64,000 bases of DNA from Octopus sinensis (taxonomy: Eukaryota): contig NC_043024.1 in assembly GCF_006345805.1 (NCBI RefSeq), positions 10,664,001-10,728,000 on the forward strand, written 5' to 3'. Under the pieces are notes generated by a model, which worked only from the letters and a program-made list of their open reading frames with translations, searched no databases and was not told the DNA's origin. Each line of letters opens with the position of its first letter. Position 1 is the stretch's first letter. Positions 13,674-26,537 of this stretch are shown here, in pieces. The position numbers and the translations under genes are program-made.

Positions 13674-14915
13674 CACTACTGCTGCTGCTACTACTACTAC
13701 TAAGCAACAACAGTGGTTAACAACTGCAACAGCAGCAACAACAACAATAACAACCACTGCTGTTGCTTTTGCTATTAACATCACCACTTCTACTACTACT
13801 GCTACTACTACTACTATTTCTACTACCACCACCACCACTACTTTTACTACCACCATCATTACTACTACTACTACTTCTACTATTACATTTAACAGCATTA
13901 ACTACAGTAACAAGATCAACACTTTGTAACACTGCACACAACTACAACCACAACAACAGCAGGAACTTTTGTGAAGCTGTTTGGAAATAACCAAATAAAA
14001 TGGCAAGGGGTGGTCAAGGTTGGAACGCTGGGTCTGCTCAGTCAGGGTTGGGTTTAATCTATGGTTAACAACAATACAAGGTATCCTGTAGAGGAGCAGC
14101 TAGGCCAGTGAGAAATAGCAGCTTAATCGCACACACACACACACACATACAAACACACGGACACACACACACATATACATTCACCACACACACACACACA
14201 CACATACAAACATACAAACACACACAAAGACACTCACACACACACATACACAAACTCACAACCACACACACATACAATCACCACACACACACACACATAC
14301 AAACACACAACCACACACACATACAATCACCACACACACACACACATACAAACACACATACAAACACACAACCACACACACATACAATCACCACACACAC
14401 ACACTCATTCTCTCTCACACACATACACAAACACATACAAACACACACATATACATACACACACACAACACGCTACATAAAGGATGTATGTACTGGACAG
14501 TGTAGGTTGTTATATGTAACAAGACAGGATGGTCACATCTGGAGTGTCTTTGAGTATAAGTCTGTCCAATGCAGACTGGCTGGCCTGGGGCTAAATAACA
14601 ACAGCAACAACAACAGCTCTTCCTCAGATCCCCAACTACTACTACCACCACCACCACAACCATCACTGCAAACATCACCACCACTACTACTACCACCACC
14701 TCTACTACTACTACCACTATTACTACTACCACCACGACTACTACCACCGCCACCACTACTACTACTACCACCACCACTACCACCACTACCACTACCCCTA
14801 ACACCACCACCAAGAAAACATCAACGGAACAACCACAACAAGCACCACCACCAACACTATTACTACTACCACCACCACCACTACTACTACTACTACTGCT
14901 GCTGCTGCATAAACT

Positions 14916-14985
14916 ATGTCAGTTCTGAACAAACTGAGTCTCCATGTCGGCAGAGGATACTCAGAGGTTGGCTACCATTTGGCAG
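14916..14985 (+). CDS. Candidate alternative first coding exon (MSVLNKLSLHVGRGYSEVGYHLA-E)
   Basis: ATG 14916 in aaactATG context, strong donor CAG|GTGAGT at 14986, phase 1, in frame with the acceptor at 20392. 5' boundary not determinable. Confidence 0.35.
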
Positions 14986-15550
14986 GTGAGTGGACTCTTT
15001 TGTGTGTTGTTGCTAACGTTAGTGGTGGTGGTCGTGGAAGGGGAAGGTCGTCGTGCACCAAGGGGAAGACTTACAGTCGGATGCACCCCACCCCACCCAC
15101 CCCCATCACATCTTTGTATTTCAGGAGCCATCAACTTTGTCCGACAAAAATTCTTCATCTTCATCACCATCATTACCGTCATTGTCATCATCATCATCAC
15201 CATCATCACCACCACCATCATTATCATCATCATCATCATCATTGCTATCATTATCATCACCGCCACCATCATCGTCATCATTGCTGTCATCGTCATCAAT
15301 GTCATAATCATCATCATCATCACCATCATAGCTATCATTATCATCACCACCATCATCGTCATCATCATCATTGTCATCATCATTGTTATCATTATTTGAT
15401 GTCCACTTTTCCATGCTTGCATGGGTCAAGAAGAATTTGTCTGGGAACACTTTCTACAGCCAGATACTCTTCCTGTCACTAACCCTCCCTCATTTCAAAG
15501 TAAGGTAATATTTTCCCATGAGCAGACAAGATTAGAAAGGTACAAAGAAG

Positions 15551-15591
<41 letters not shown>

Positions 15592-15659
15592 TGAATTTGG
15601 TAGAAGGAAACTGAAAGAATCCCATGATATATATGTGCGTCAGTGATAGGTTTGTCACT

Positions 15660-18600
15660 ATTTGGATCTTGTTGATCATTCTGTTTGTTAATTTCTAAAT
15701 TAGGAGAAGCAATGGTAGGTCTGTCATTATCTTGGTATCTTTTGGTCATTCTTATTATTAACTTGTAGGCCAAGAGACTTTTTAAATTTCTTATTAAGCT
15801 TCATGACTGAAGCTTGCTTGGAATCTTCATGCTTCAATGCAGTTCAGAAGAGCACATCTCTTGTTGTATTAAGGTTCATTTCAAGGCCTATTATTACTAA
15901 TTTGAAGGATTGTTTGAGCTGTATCAGGCCCCTTCCACCTATTTTTCTTGGAAGATAAATCTTGTCTACATCTGATTTTGGATGGTGCATTCAGTATCTT
16001 GTAAAGATTTTATGGACCTTTCCTTCCATATTCTGCATGTCAGTGAGACACCACCTAATGATACCAAAGCTATATGTGGTTACTGGTATGGCCAAAGAAT
16101 TGATTGCATTAATTCCCTAAGCAGCATTTAATTCTGAGTTTAGGACCATTCTTACCCTTCGGTGGTATTCCTTGCGGATTTTCTCTGTCATTTTAGAGTG
16201 CCAGTTACCATTACTTTCATCGGTTCCCAGATATTTGTATACTTTGGATTGGTCTAGGTTTCAAATAGCTGTGGTAGTTTCAAGTTCTATGTTTTCTGCC
16301 TTTACGAACTTCCTTGTCTTGAAAGTAGCTTTTGCACATTTATCAAGTCCGAATTCCATACCTATATCAGAATTCTTTGATAATATTCAAAAGATCTAAT
16401 TCTTTGTCATTTTTGGCAAACATTTTTTGATCATCCATATAGAGTAGATGATTAATTTTCTGGCCAAAGATTTTCTACCATTTCTTTGACTTGGCGAGCA
16501 CCACTTTCACTTCTTCAGTTCTTATATCCTGCCATTCTTGATATTTGAAGAGGGCATTGGGCCCCTTTTATGTCCCTGACCCTATGTACATTCTGATTAA
16601 ACTCCTTTGGATTTCTCCAAATGTTTTTCCAAAAACCCTTCAGTTTGCTGTTGGGGAGGAGGTGTTTTCACAATAATGGTATTTTTCCCCAGTTCCCTGT
16701 AGAATTTTTTTGTGTTCTCCTTGAATAGTAATTTTTGTTTCTAAGGAATCCTGAGTGTTTTGTCGTATCTTGCCAGTCTTTTGTTTTTTAATTGTGGTTT
16801 TTCGTTTGAGGATTTCAATCTGTGTATCCTTTGTTTCTTTGTGAAGGTCATGTTTAGCAATTGTTCTTTTTAGTTTTCCCTCTGCTGGTTTCAAGTAGAA
16901 AAGCTATTTCTGTTCTTGCCTGGATTATTTTCCGGTTCATTCTTTCCTTCTATCCAGGTTGTTTGTGTACATTGCACTTTTTCCTTCTCCATCTCTAATT
17001 TTAATTCCGCATCTCTGAGTCGCAACACAAGCAGCCGAGTAAACAAGTCGATCAATCACTCTGAGGGCATTTTCTCTGTTCTCAACAAGCTCTCCAAGCG
17101 CTTAATCAACTTCTTTGATTACTTTTCTGTTCTTATTAGTATTAATAATTTTGGGAAATGCTGCTCTTTCGTGGAAAGATTGACGTAATTGTATCAGATA
17201 TTGTTCTAGTCTTCCATCCAACAGTTCATTGCTGACGTAATCATTTATCGTGTTCTTAACATCAACTGATGGTCCATCATCATCATCATTGTTCGACCGT
17301 GGTCGAGACAATGAAATTTACCATGCTACGCCAGACTTCATGGTCCATCATAGCATTACGGAGGTCCTATTGCTGGATGCCTGTATCCCTGGAGATTACA
17401 TCAGGGTAGGAGAGTGTGCGCCCTCTGGTATTGCGAGTAGATGGCTTCCAGAGGAGGAGAGTAGAAATTACCTCTTTTTCAGCTCTACAACAATGTCCAG
17501 CAAACTGGACTCTCCTACCTTTCACAAGAGATGATACAGGTGGTAGTTTCCCATATATTTGTATTTTGGTTGGATGATGCTTCCACGAGAGATTTTGAGC
17601 TCTCATAAGGAGGCGAGTGTAGGTTCCATCCAACCGCCTCTCAAGCTTCTTTGATAACGTCCAGGTTTCTGAGCCATATAGTAGAATTGGTTCAACTGTG
17701 GCTTTGAAGATTTCAAGTTTGAAGTCTCTACTTAGATTTGATGACCAGATCTTATGCATGTCATTACAGGCTGACCAGGCCATACCCTTTCTAGTCAGAA
17801 AATCTTTTCCAGATGATGATATGTATGACCCATGTATGATGGTTCACCTTCATAGGGTTCTGTGTACCCAGTTTGCTGGTTTGAGCTAATCATTTCAGAG
17901 CTTTTTGCCCATGGGTTGAGCTGACTTTTGACTGATCTGACTATTTTGTCAATTTCGTTATCAGTTAGACTTTTATATTTTCGAGACCTTTGGAAATATG
18001 CTGTGCATAAGAAGACCCAGCAGGACAAGTGAGACCATAACCCGGGGCCTTTACCTGGGATGTAGCCATTGGACACAAAACTCTGCTTGCGAAGACCTGT
18101 TGAGGCAAGTGAAATCGAAATCGATCAAAAAATCAATGGAAATTGTAGTTGTGATACCAGTGCCGGTGGCTCATAAAAAGCACCATCCGAACATGGTTGT
18201 TACCAGCGCTGCCTTGACTGGCTTCCATGCCAGTGCCGCGTAAAAAGCACCAACCAATCATGGCCATTGCCAGCCTTGCCTGGCACATAAAAAGCACCCA
18301 CTACACTCACAGAGGGGTTGGCGTTAGGAAGGGCATCCAGCTGTAGAAACACTGCCAGATCAGACTGGAGCCTGGTGCGGCCTCCTGGCTTCCCAGACCC
18401 CGATCAACCCATCCAACCCATGCTAGCATGGAAAACGGATGTTAAACGATGATGATGATTATCATCATGATCATATCTCATAGCTCCTAATTTATTACTG
18501 TCCATGTACAGCCTCCTATGCGGGTTTTGGCATCTCCAGATATTGTAGGTCTCTTTTTGTGTGGTTGATGTTTCTGGGTTTAGTGTTGAATAATAATAAG

Positions 18601-18990
18601 CGTGCAAAACTTCGATATATTCCTCCTTAGTCGATTTCTGTCCTGTATTTCTATTTCTTTGAGACAGGTTTGGTAGCTGACCCCAAGCGTCAGTTTCGGG
18701 AATATCCCTCGTTTGATTTGCTACATGTTCTTGAGGAGGTTGGTCCTGATTTAAAGACTTTTGGTACCCAGAGTCAAAACCTAAGGTCACTGATGAACAC
18801 TTCTTCAAACGACACAGGTTCTAGGGGATATTTCCATGGTTGGTATCCAGAGCCATGCAGTAAGTGCACAGGGTTAACCAGTTGTCTGGTTCCTTGGGTG
18901 AGGTTCAGAGGTCCCAGGCATCACCATTTTCTGGATGGTGAGGTGGGATTTTATTTTGAGAAGTTTTAAATTAGTCTAAGTCATGACCTG
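15660..18990 (-). mobile_element. Decayed Dong/R4-clade non-LTR retrotransposon with nested insertions
   Basis: Minus-strand N-terminal piece (QKSTKEEYIEVLHAYY...YNIWRCQNP..YMDSNKL, 18480-18660) and RT-region pieces (15700-16500, including MHHPKSDVDKIYLPRK..GGRG-like text), interrupted by an RTE fragment and a SINE tail. Confidence 0.75.
17276..18130 (-). mobile_element. RTE-clade LINE 3' fragment
   Basis: ORF 17367-17783: IFKATVEPILLYGSETWTLSKKLERRLDGTYTRLLMRAQNLSW..., with a (GAT)n tail near 17276-17290. Confidence 0.8.
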
Positions 18991-19324
18991 CCGCTTGAGA
19001 GATGTCAAATGGCCGGCCGACAGATTTCATGTAGCATTGTAGAAAGAGGCAGATATTGAATTGCCAGCCAGAGGGAGACAGAGACAAGGAGACAAAAGAC
19101 AAAACCATCATGTGGTTTCCGAGCTATTTCCAGTAGGATGGCGATGGCATTGGCGGCAGCGATGGTAGAAATGGTAATGAGATATATGTTCTGTCAGCAG
19201 GATGTAAACGCTGTCACATGTGGTATTTGTCTCCAGGCAAGATGCTGATGGTGATTGTAATGGTGATGATGATGATGATGATGATGGTGATGGTGATGAT
19301 AAACAACTGCCAATATACACAATA

Positions 19325-19560
19325 TAGGGTGGCGAGCTGGCAGAACCGTTAGCACGCCGGGTGAAATGCTTAGTGGTATTTCATCTACCACTACGTTCTG
19401 AGTTCAAATTCCACCTAAGTCGACTTTGCCTTTCATCCTTTCGGGGTCGATAAATTAAGTACCAGTTACGCACTGGGGTCGATGTATTCGACTTAATCCC
19501 TTTGTCTGTCCTTGTTTGTCCCCTCTGTGTTTAGCCCCTTGTGTGTAATAAAGAAGTATA
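19325..19560 (+). mobile_element. tRNA-derived SINE family B (representative; copies also at about 5348, 7640, 8125, 19880, 32530-33750, 42745, 49130)
   Basis: Head ggcgagctggcagaa...gagttcaaattccgccg, conserved body gtcgactttgcctttcatcctttcggggtcgataaattaagtaccag. Confidence 0.85.
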
Positions 19561-20168
19561 TTATTTGTAGCAGTAGTAGTAGTAGTAGTAGCAGCAGCAG
19601 CAACAGTAGTAGTGCAATCAGGAATCAAAAGAAGCATCACACCCTTGCGGTCAGCAGAGATCAAATGTGTGTACTGCTGCAAGCGACCAATGAGAGGACT
19701 GACCTTGGCCTTGGTTTTAATTACAAATAGAAAAAAATAATTACAAATAGAAAAAAATAACAATAATAATACACACACACACACACACATATAGATATTT
19801 ACATCATAAAATTTTTCTTGCGTTTTTATAGGTTTTGCCGTGGTTTAGTTTTCGTAATTCTGCAGTTTGTATATATTCATTTCTTTATTGCCCACAAAGG
19901 GGCTAAACATAGAGGGGACAAACAAGGACAGACAAAGGGATTAAGTTGATTACATCGACCCCAGTGCATAACTGGTACTTATTTAATCGACCCCGAAAGG
20001 ATGAAAGGCAAAGTCGACCTCGGCGGAATTTTAACTCAGAACATAATGGCAGACGAAATACGGCTACGCATTTCGCCCGGCGTGCTAACGATTCTGCCAG
20101 CTCACAGCCCTATATTGTGTATATTGGCAGTTGTTTATCATCATCATCACCATCATCACCATTACCAC

Positions 20169-20260
<92 letters not shown>

Positions 20261-20391
20261 CCATTACCATCACCACCATCACCATCATCATCACCATCAT
20301 CATCATCATCTTTTAAATATCCTTTCTCCATACTGTGGTAACCATTATTATTTATTGCTTTTTTTTCTTTCTTTTCTTTTGTCGATTGCAG

Positions 20392-21644
20392 AACAAAATG
20401 CAGACGAATCCCAGCAGCAAAGCCCAACTGAAGGGGCCAAGGAATCAATTAATGAGAGAAATTGTTCAGAGCCGACCAAGAACCAAGAAGAAACCCTACA
20501 GGCAAAGAAGGGCCCCAATGTGGAATACCTGAAACCCTCGAATATGGTGAACGGACTTAGTGTGAACCCAGAACCACAAGACAAAAACGGCTTGGAACAA
20601 CACACTGTGAGTGGCACGGTCGTTAACTCATCAAAGAACCCACAGTCACCCGTGTCGCCCGTGTCACCCGTGTCGCCCGTGTCACCCGTGTCACCCATGT
20701 CACCCGTGGCGCCCGTGTCATCCCTGGTAAGCCCCATCGACCATTCTAATAGTAATGGTCTGGAGTCGAATGCTAATGTAACCATTCCTTGCTCAACCAG
20801 TGATAGTCTGGAAGTACCTTCATTACCTCTGACCACTTGCTCACAGAATAAAAATCTGGAAAATTCTTTGCTGACATCAAACCATTGTGCAAACGGTAAT
20901 GCCATAATCAAGAAGAAAAACTCCCAGGCATTTGCCAAATCTGGGAGAATATCACCGATTTCTCAACAGCAGCGCACTGTCTCTCGTAGCAGTTCTCAGA
21001 TGCGCAAGACAGCGTGGGACCGTGCCGAGGAACGGTTTGAGGCAGAAGAGAGCCAACCTGCTCCAAAAGTCATTAAAACTGAACATTTGACTACCGAGAT
21101 TCCGGTGTTCTCCGATACAGACTGCGGACAGTTTAGTCTGCGGTTCCTTCGGAAGCCGTTCCAGTCGAAAATTTTCAACAAAACCCTGGAAGAGCTCTAC
21201 CAGCGTTATTTCTTCAAACTGAACAAAACCAATCTCACCCTCTTTATACTCCTCGTCTCGTTCATATGCATCCTCCTCATCATCATCTATTACGTGGGAG
21301 GCATGAAGCACTTCGCTCCCGGTACCGTTCTCTCGCTCACCTTTATCGCCCTCCTCATCCAGGTGGTCGTTTGCAACAAGAGTTGCTTCACTCGGACGCA
21401 GATGCGCTACATGTGTTTCGCAATGATCTTTATACTCTGCCTCATTCTCATCACGGTCATCACAACCAGCAACCTCCACAGCATGACAGAAGGTGTTTGG
21501 TGTGTAGTGTTCTGTGTCTATTTAATTTACGCTCTGCTACCTCTCGAAATGCAGCTGGCCATGCTGAGTGGTGTTCTGCTATGCCTCATCGACCTCGTTG
21601 CTACTCTGCTGCTAAACTACTACGAAGTTTTCACCACAAAACAG
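20392..21644 (+). CDS. ADCY5: Adenylyl cyclase type 5/6-like, large exon: N-terminal cytoplasmic region and most of the M1 transmembrane helices
   Basis: Acceptor ttttgtcgattgcAG (20390-20391), donor CAG|GTATTT (21645). Encodes ...FQSKIFNKTLEELYQRYFFKLNKTNL..., matching the AC5/6 pre-M1 motif (LExLYQRYFF), followed by several hydrophobic helices. Confidence 0.93.
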
Positions 21645-22578
21645 GTATTTATCACAATCCTTCTCTTTTACTCTTTTTACTCTTTTACTTGTTTCAGTCA
21701 TTTGACTGCGGCCATGCTGGAGCACCGCCTTTAGTCAATCGAGCAACTTGGCCCCCGGGACTTATTCTTTTGTAAGCCCAGTACTTATTCTATCGGTCTC
21801 TTTTGCCGAACCGCTAGGTGACGGGGACGTAAACACACCAGCATCGGTTGTCAAGCAATGCTAGGGGGACAAACACAGACACACAAACACACACACAAAC
21901 ACACACACACAAACACACACACACATATATATATATATACATATATACGACGGGCTTCTTTCAGTTTCCGTCTACCAAATCCACTCACAAGGCTTTGGTC
22001 AGCCCGAGGCTATAGTAGGAGACACTTGCCCAAGGTGCCACGCAGTGGGACCGAACCTGGAACCATGTGGTTAGTAAGCAAGCTACTTACCACACAGCCA
22101 CTCCTGCGCCTATATATATATATATATATATATACATATATACGACGGGCTTCTTTCAGTTTCCGTCTACCAAATCCACTCACAAGGCATTGGTCGGCCC
22201 GAGGCTATAGCAGAAGACACTTGCCCAAGATGCCATGCAGTGGAACTGAACCTGGAACCATGTGGTTAGTTAGCAAGCTACTTACCACACAGCCACTCCT
22301 GCGCCTTCGTTAATTATTTTATCATTTTTCATCTTATTTTTCTGTGTGTTGTCACCCCTGATTTTAACTCCCTCCTTCCTTTACTCTGTCTGTAAATATT
22401 TGTGGCCTGGGGGGTCACCCTGGAATCAAAGACACCACCTTATCAACCTCAGGTCACTAGCTTTGGATGTGACAGCCATCAGAGAAACCAGGATTTCCAG
22501 CACACACTATCTAGCCCCTATTTTCAACAAATTTGAGATCTACGCATCTCTTAGTCACCTAGGAATGTGGTAGTGGTA

Positions 22579-23257
22579 CAGTGATTGCTCGTTTATCGCG
22601 GTAGATTGGTTCCAAGACCGCCCATGATAACTGAATTTCCACGAAGTAGGGACACCATATTTACAGTATTTATTTAACGTATATTTGGGCTTTTAAGACC
22701 CTCCCTGTACTGTTAACAACCCACCCATTACAGTAGTCTATAAATAACAAGGACAACTGTTAAGCAATAACACTTTAGATTAAAAAAAATAAAAGTTGTT
22801 ACTGTTACACAGGCCAGATTACAAAATAGAAAGCTGTGATTCGTCATCAATCACAGCCCGTCTTACATTCAAATACCCCTGTACATGCTTTTTGGCTACC
22901 TTATACTTGTTTTGTTGTTCCTAGACTAGGAAATAATATTTATTATTAATATTTTAATCTGGCAGAGTTTCTACGGCTGGATGCCCTTCCTAACGCCAAC
23001 CACTCCGTGAGTGTGGGTTGGTTGGCGTTAGGAAGGGCATGCCAGATAAGACTGGAGCCTGGTGCAGCCTTCTGGCTTCCCAGATCCCCGGTCGAACCGT
23101 TCAACCCATGCTAGCATGGAGAACGGACGTTTAACGATGATGATGATGATGATTTTAATGGATCTAATGAAAAATTTTAGGCGTTCTTATATATTTTAAA
23201 AATCCGCGAAGTCGTAAATCCGCGATAGTTGAACCGCGAAATAGCGATGGATCACTG
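22579..23257. mobile_element. Tigger/pogo-like MITE with nested retroposon tail
   Basis: Imperfect TIRs cagtgattgctcgtttatcgcgg and ccgcgaaatagcgatggatcactg, TA on both flanks; retroposon tail at about 22963-23150. Confidence 0.7.
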
Positions 23258-23390
23258 TAGTGCTGTTTAGGAAAGGCCTGGATCTCAAGGTTCAGCTGAT
23301 CTTTCTGGACCCAGATAGTAAGTTGGTGGTCCTGGATGTAACCAGTAACAAAGGTGGTGCTTTTACACTAGTCACTGTGTACACGCCAAC
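23255..23390 (+). mobile_element. Short APE-endonuclease LINE fragment (L1/Tx1-like)
   Basis: FLDPDSKLVVLDVTSNKGGAFTLVTVYTPT resembles the DxxGR...VxVYAP segment of LINE endonucleases. Confidence 0.45.
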
Positions 23391-23766
23391 TGGGGGGGGG
23401 GGGCTGGATTTCTTCCTTCCCTTTTCTTCTTCTCCCTCCCTTCTTCCCCCTCCTTCTCCCTCCTTACCTTTGCATCTCCTCTCTCTCTCCCCTTTATATT
23501 TGGCTAATTTCTCCTTTACCCCGAGAGAGACACTAATCATCTGTGAAAACTGCTTAGTAGTTTAGAAACAAAGATACTCGTTCGCTTAATTAAATAAAGA
23601 CCAATTATGGGTCGTAAGCTACGGAGTTCTTCCATTCTCTCAATTTCCTGTAATTCAGACCATGGTCAGTTGGGGCCATGAGGCAGCCTGAATTACAGGA
23701 AATTGAGAGAATGAAAAATTTCATACCTTGCTCCCCATAGATGATCTTTATGTAATTAATTAATTC

Positions 23767-23817
<51 letters not shown>

Positions 23818-24704
23818 CATTATTATTATTATTTGTATTTACCTCTGCAATTTTTTAGAAGTTATTGTATCTTGCTTAATGCTTACATATGATTTTACAC
23901 TGTCTGTTTATTTTTGGCCCATATCTCTATATAGGTCATATGTGTTCTTCTCATTTTTGCTTTTCTCCTTTGCATTACTGTCAGTATTGTTGCAGTGTTA
24001 GTATGCTGATATCATTGCATGTAATATCTCATGCACATTCCTAATGTTATATGATTATTATCTCACGGTAGCAAAAACATTATTTCAGTCAGTTTAAGTG
24101 GGAATGGTCAAATAGGTGGGGAATACTTCCTTTCCTGGTAACCCTTGACAACAATATCTTGTCGGTCAGCCTTAATCTTCCTGTCTTCGTGGATGAGTAT
24201 ACCCCAGTGCTTGGTAGCTTTTGTCAGTCCCTGAGACCTGCAACCATTCCTAGATGGTGGACGTGTGCGGGCACCATTTGCGAGACATGTCTTCCTGTCT
24301 TTGTGAATGAGTATACCCCAGTTCTTGGTAGCTTTTGTCAGTCCCTGAGACCTGCAACGATTCCTAGATGGTGGACATGTGTGTGACACCATTTGCAAGA
24401 CATGTCTTCATGTCTTTCCACGGCTCATCTCTTTGACGAAGCTGCATTTCTGGGCGAAGCAAAGACCAAGACCAAATCCTTGGTACCTGGAATGTGACCA
24501 GATGCTCACTACCCTCTACTAGTCAGGCGAGGATTCCTTTCAAAACATGGCTATGATGCTCCCCCACTACTTCTGCTCATGATCAGAGATGCACATACCA
24601 TCAGCCATTAAGGGACATGGTCAACTGGTTAAGGTCAAACAACTGACAAGCAAATCTGTGGTATTGAGCAGAATATTATTATTATTATTATTATCATTAT
24701 CATT

Positions 24705-25262
24705 GAGTGGGAGAGCAGTGCATGCCATCAAAGTGACATTGGGGTACAAGCATGCGAAGCCCTGTATACCCATCATGACTACCCGTCTGATAAAGGTACA
24801 CTAGGCACATGCATCACAACCATATGTGCGTGACATGGTGATCTCATATCAAGATAAACAGCACATGATCTTGCAGGTGGGGCCCAGTTAGAATTTTCTT
24901 CTGGTTGAGTAACCCATCCCACTCAAAAGGTCCCTGATTAAGGGTTGTTTAAGGATGTTGAACAAAACACCCAGGTTTCCAAAGGTGAATTATTCAAACC
25001 TCCCAGATTTCCTTCTCAACACATGGCTATGATGCTCCCCCACTACTTCTGCTCGTGATCAGAGATGCACATATCGTCAGCCACAAAAGGACATGCTCAA
25101 CTGGTTAAGGTCAAACAACTGACAAGCAAATCTGTGGTATTGAGCAGAATATTTGCTGTAGCCCATCTTTTATACCAAGACAAAACAATGTACATGATAA
25201 CACTTCCAATCAGTTAGGATCAGAAGCCATGAGAGCCACTGCCTGGTACTGCATCAGGGCAT
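24705..25262. mobile_element. About 560-bp interspersed repeat embedded in (ATT)n (further copies 27998-28552 inverted, 42127-42685; partials near 24535, 46087, 46887)
   Basis: Near-identical gagtgagagagcagtgcatgccatcaaagtgac...ctgcatcagggcattt copies, each flanked by (ATT)n/(TAA)n. Confidence 0.8.
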
Positions 25263-25835
25263 TTATTATTATTATTATTAACATTATTATTATTATTATT
25301 ATTGTTGTTGTTGTTTTTGTTGTTGTTAATGTGTTTTTCTTCTTTCGATGTTGTTTCCATTTCTTGTCCAATGCTTTCCCAACACATTGGGCAAAGAAAC
25401 TCCCTCTATACATTGGTAGGTCATTAAAATAAACACACTGGATTGGTCATTCGCAAAGTCAAGTTATGTCGTAGAAAATAAAAAGAAAAATAGGGGGGGG
25501 GGAGAAAGAAAAAGAAAATAGAAAAACAAGGGAAAAAAGAAACGAAATGATGATGATTGGAAGGGGGAGGAGGATGGAGGAGATGAGAAGAGATGGGGAG
25601 AGGAGCGACAGGGAGAGTAATAGAACGGATGGGGAGGAGGAAGGGAAGAGGTGGAGAGCGGGAGGACATTGATGATGATGATGATGTTGATGATGATGAC
25701 AAAGATGATAATGTTGATAGTAATGATGATGATTATGATGTGAATGATGATGGTAATGATGATGATGATGATGATGATGCTGATGATGATGATGACTTAT
25801 CTATCTGTTACTAAATTACTTTCCCTTCCTGCCAG

Positions 25836-25985
25836 GCTTCCTGTAATGCGCTGCTATTTCTAGCTGTGAACATAGCTGGAGTGTTCACCCGCTATCCATG
25901 TGAATCATCCCAGAGGAAGGCCTTCCTGGAAACCCGGCGATGGATACAGATGAGGCTGCACACACAACGAGAGAACCAACAACAG
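25836..25985 (+). CDS. ADCY5: Adenylyl cyclase exon (last M1 helix and start of the coiled-coil)
   Basis: 150 nt, phase 0/0, gccAG acceptor and GTAAG donor. Translates [50 protein letters not shown]. Confidence 0.93.
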
Positions 25986-26537
25986 GTAAGATGATGATGA
26001 TGATGGTGATGGTGATGATGTTGGTGGTGGTGGTGGTGGTGGTGGTGATGATGACGACAATGATGATGATGATGACGCTGACGGTGATGATGATGATGGT
26101 GATGTTGACGATGATGGTGATGACAATGATGGTGATGATGACGATGAGGAGGAGGATGATTATGATGACGATGATGATGATGATGATGTTGGTGATGATG
26201 GTGATGGTGATGTTGACGATGATGGTGATGATGATGAAGATGATGATGAAGATGATTATTATGACGATGATGATGGTGATGATGTTGGTGATGATGGTGA
26301 TGATGATGACGATGACGATGATTATGATGACGATGATGATGATGATGACAATGCTGGTGATGACGATGATGGTGACAACGATGATGATGATGACGATGAC
26401 AATGATGATGATGATGATGATGATAATGATAACAAATGAAATAGATTTATTCATGACTGTCCATCATTTGTCATCTCTGTTAAGTGTAATACATGTATTT
26501 CACTACATGTGGTTCCCTCTAGTGAGGGCAATTAATA

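Noticed and set aside
14944-14985. Alternative reading MSAEDTQRLATIWQ ending at the 14986 donor
   Set aside because: Phase 0, so out of frame with exon 20392.
20001-20391. N-terminal part of the 577-aa ORF (MKGKVD...poly-His)
   Set aside because: It is the reverse strand of a SINE plus a (CAT)n repeat in frame upstream of the real acceptor at 20390-20391; the tail after 21644 is likewise intron.
24130-24410. About 115-bp tandem duplication with short ORFs on both strands
   Set aside because: No recognisable domain; probably a decayed retroelement piece, not assignable.
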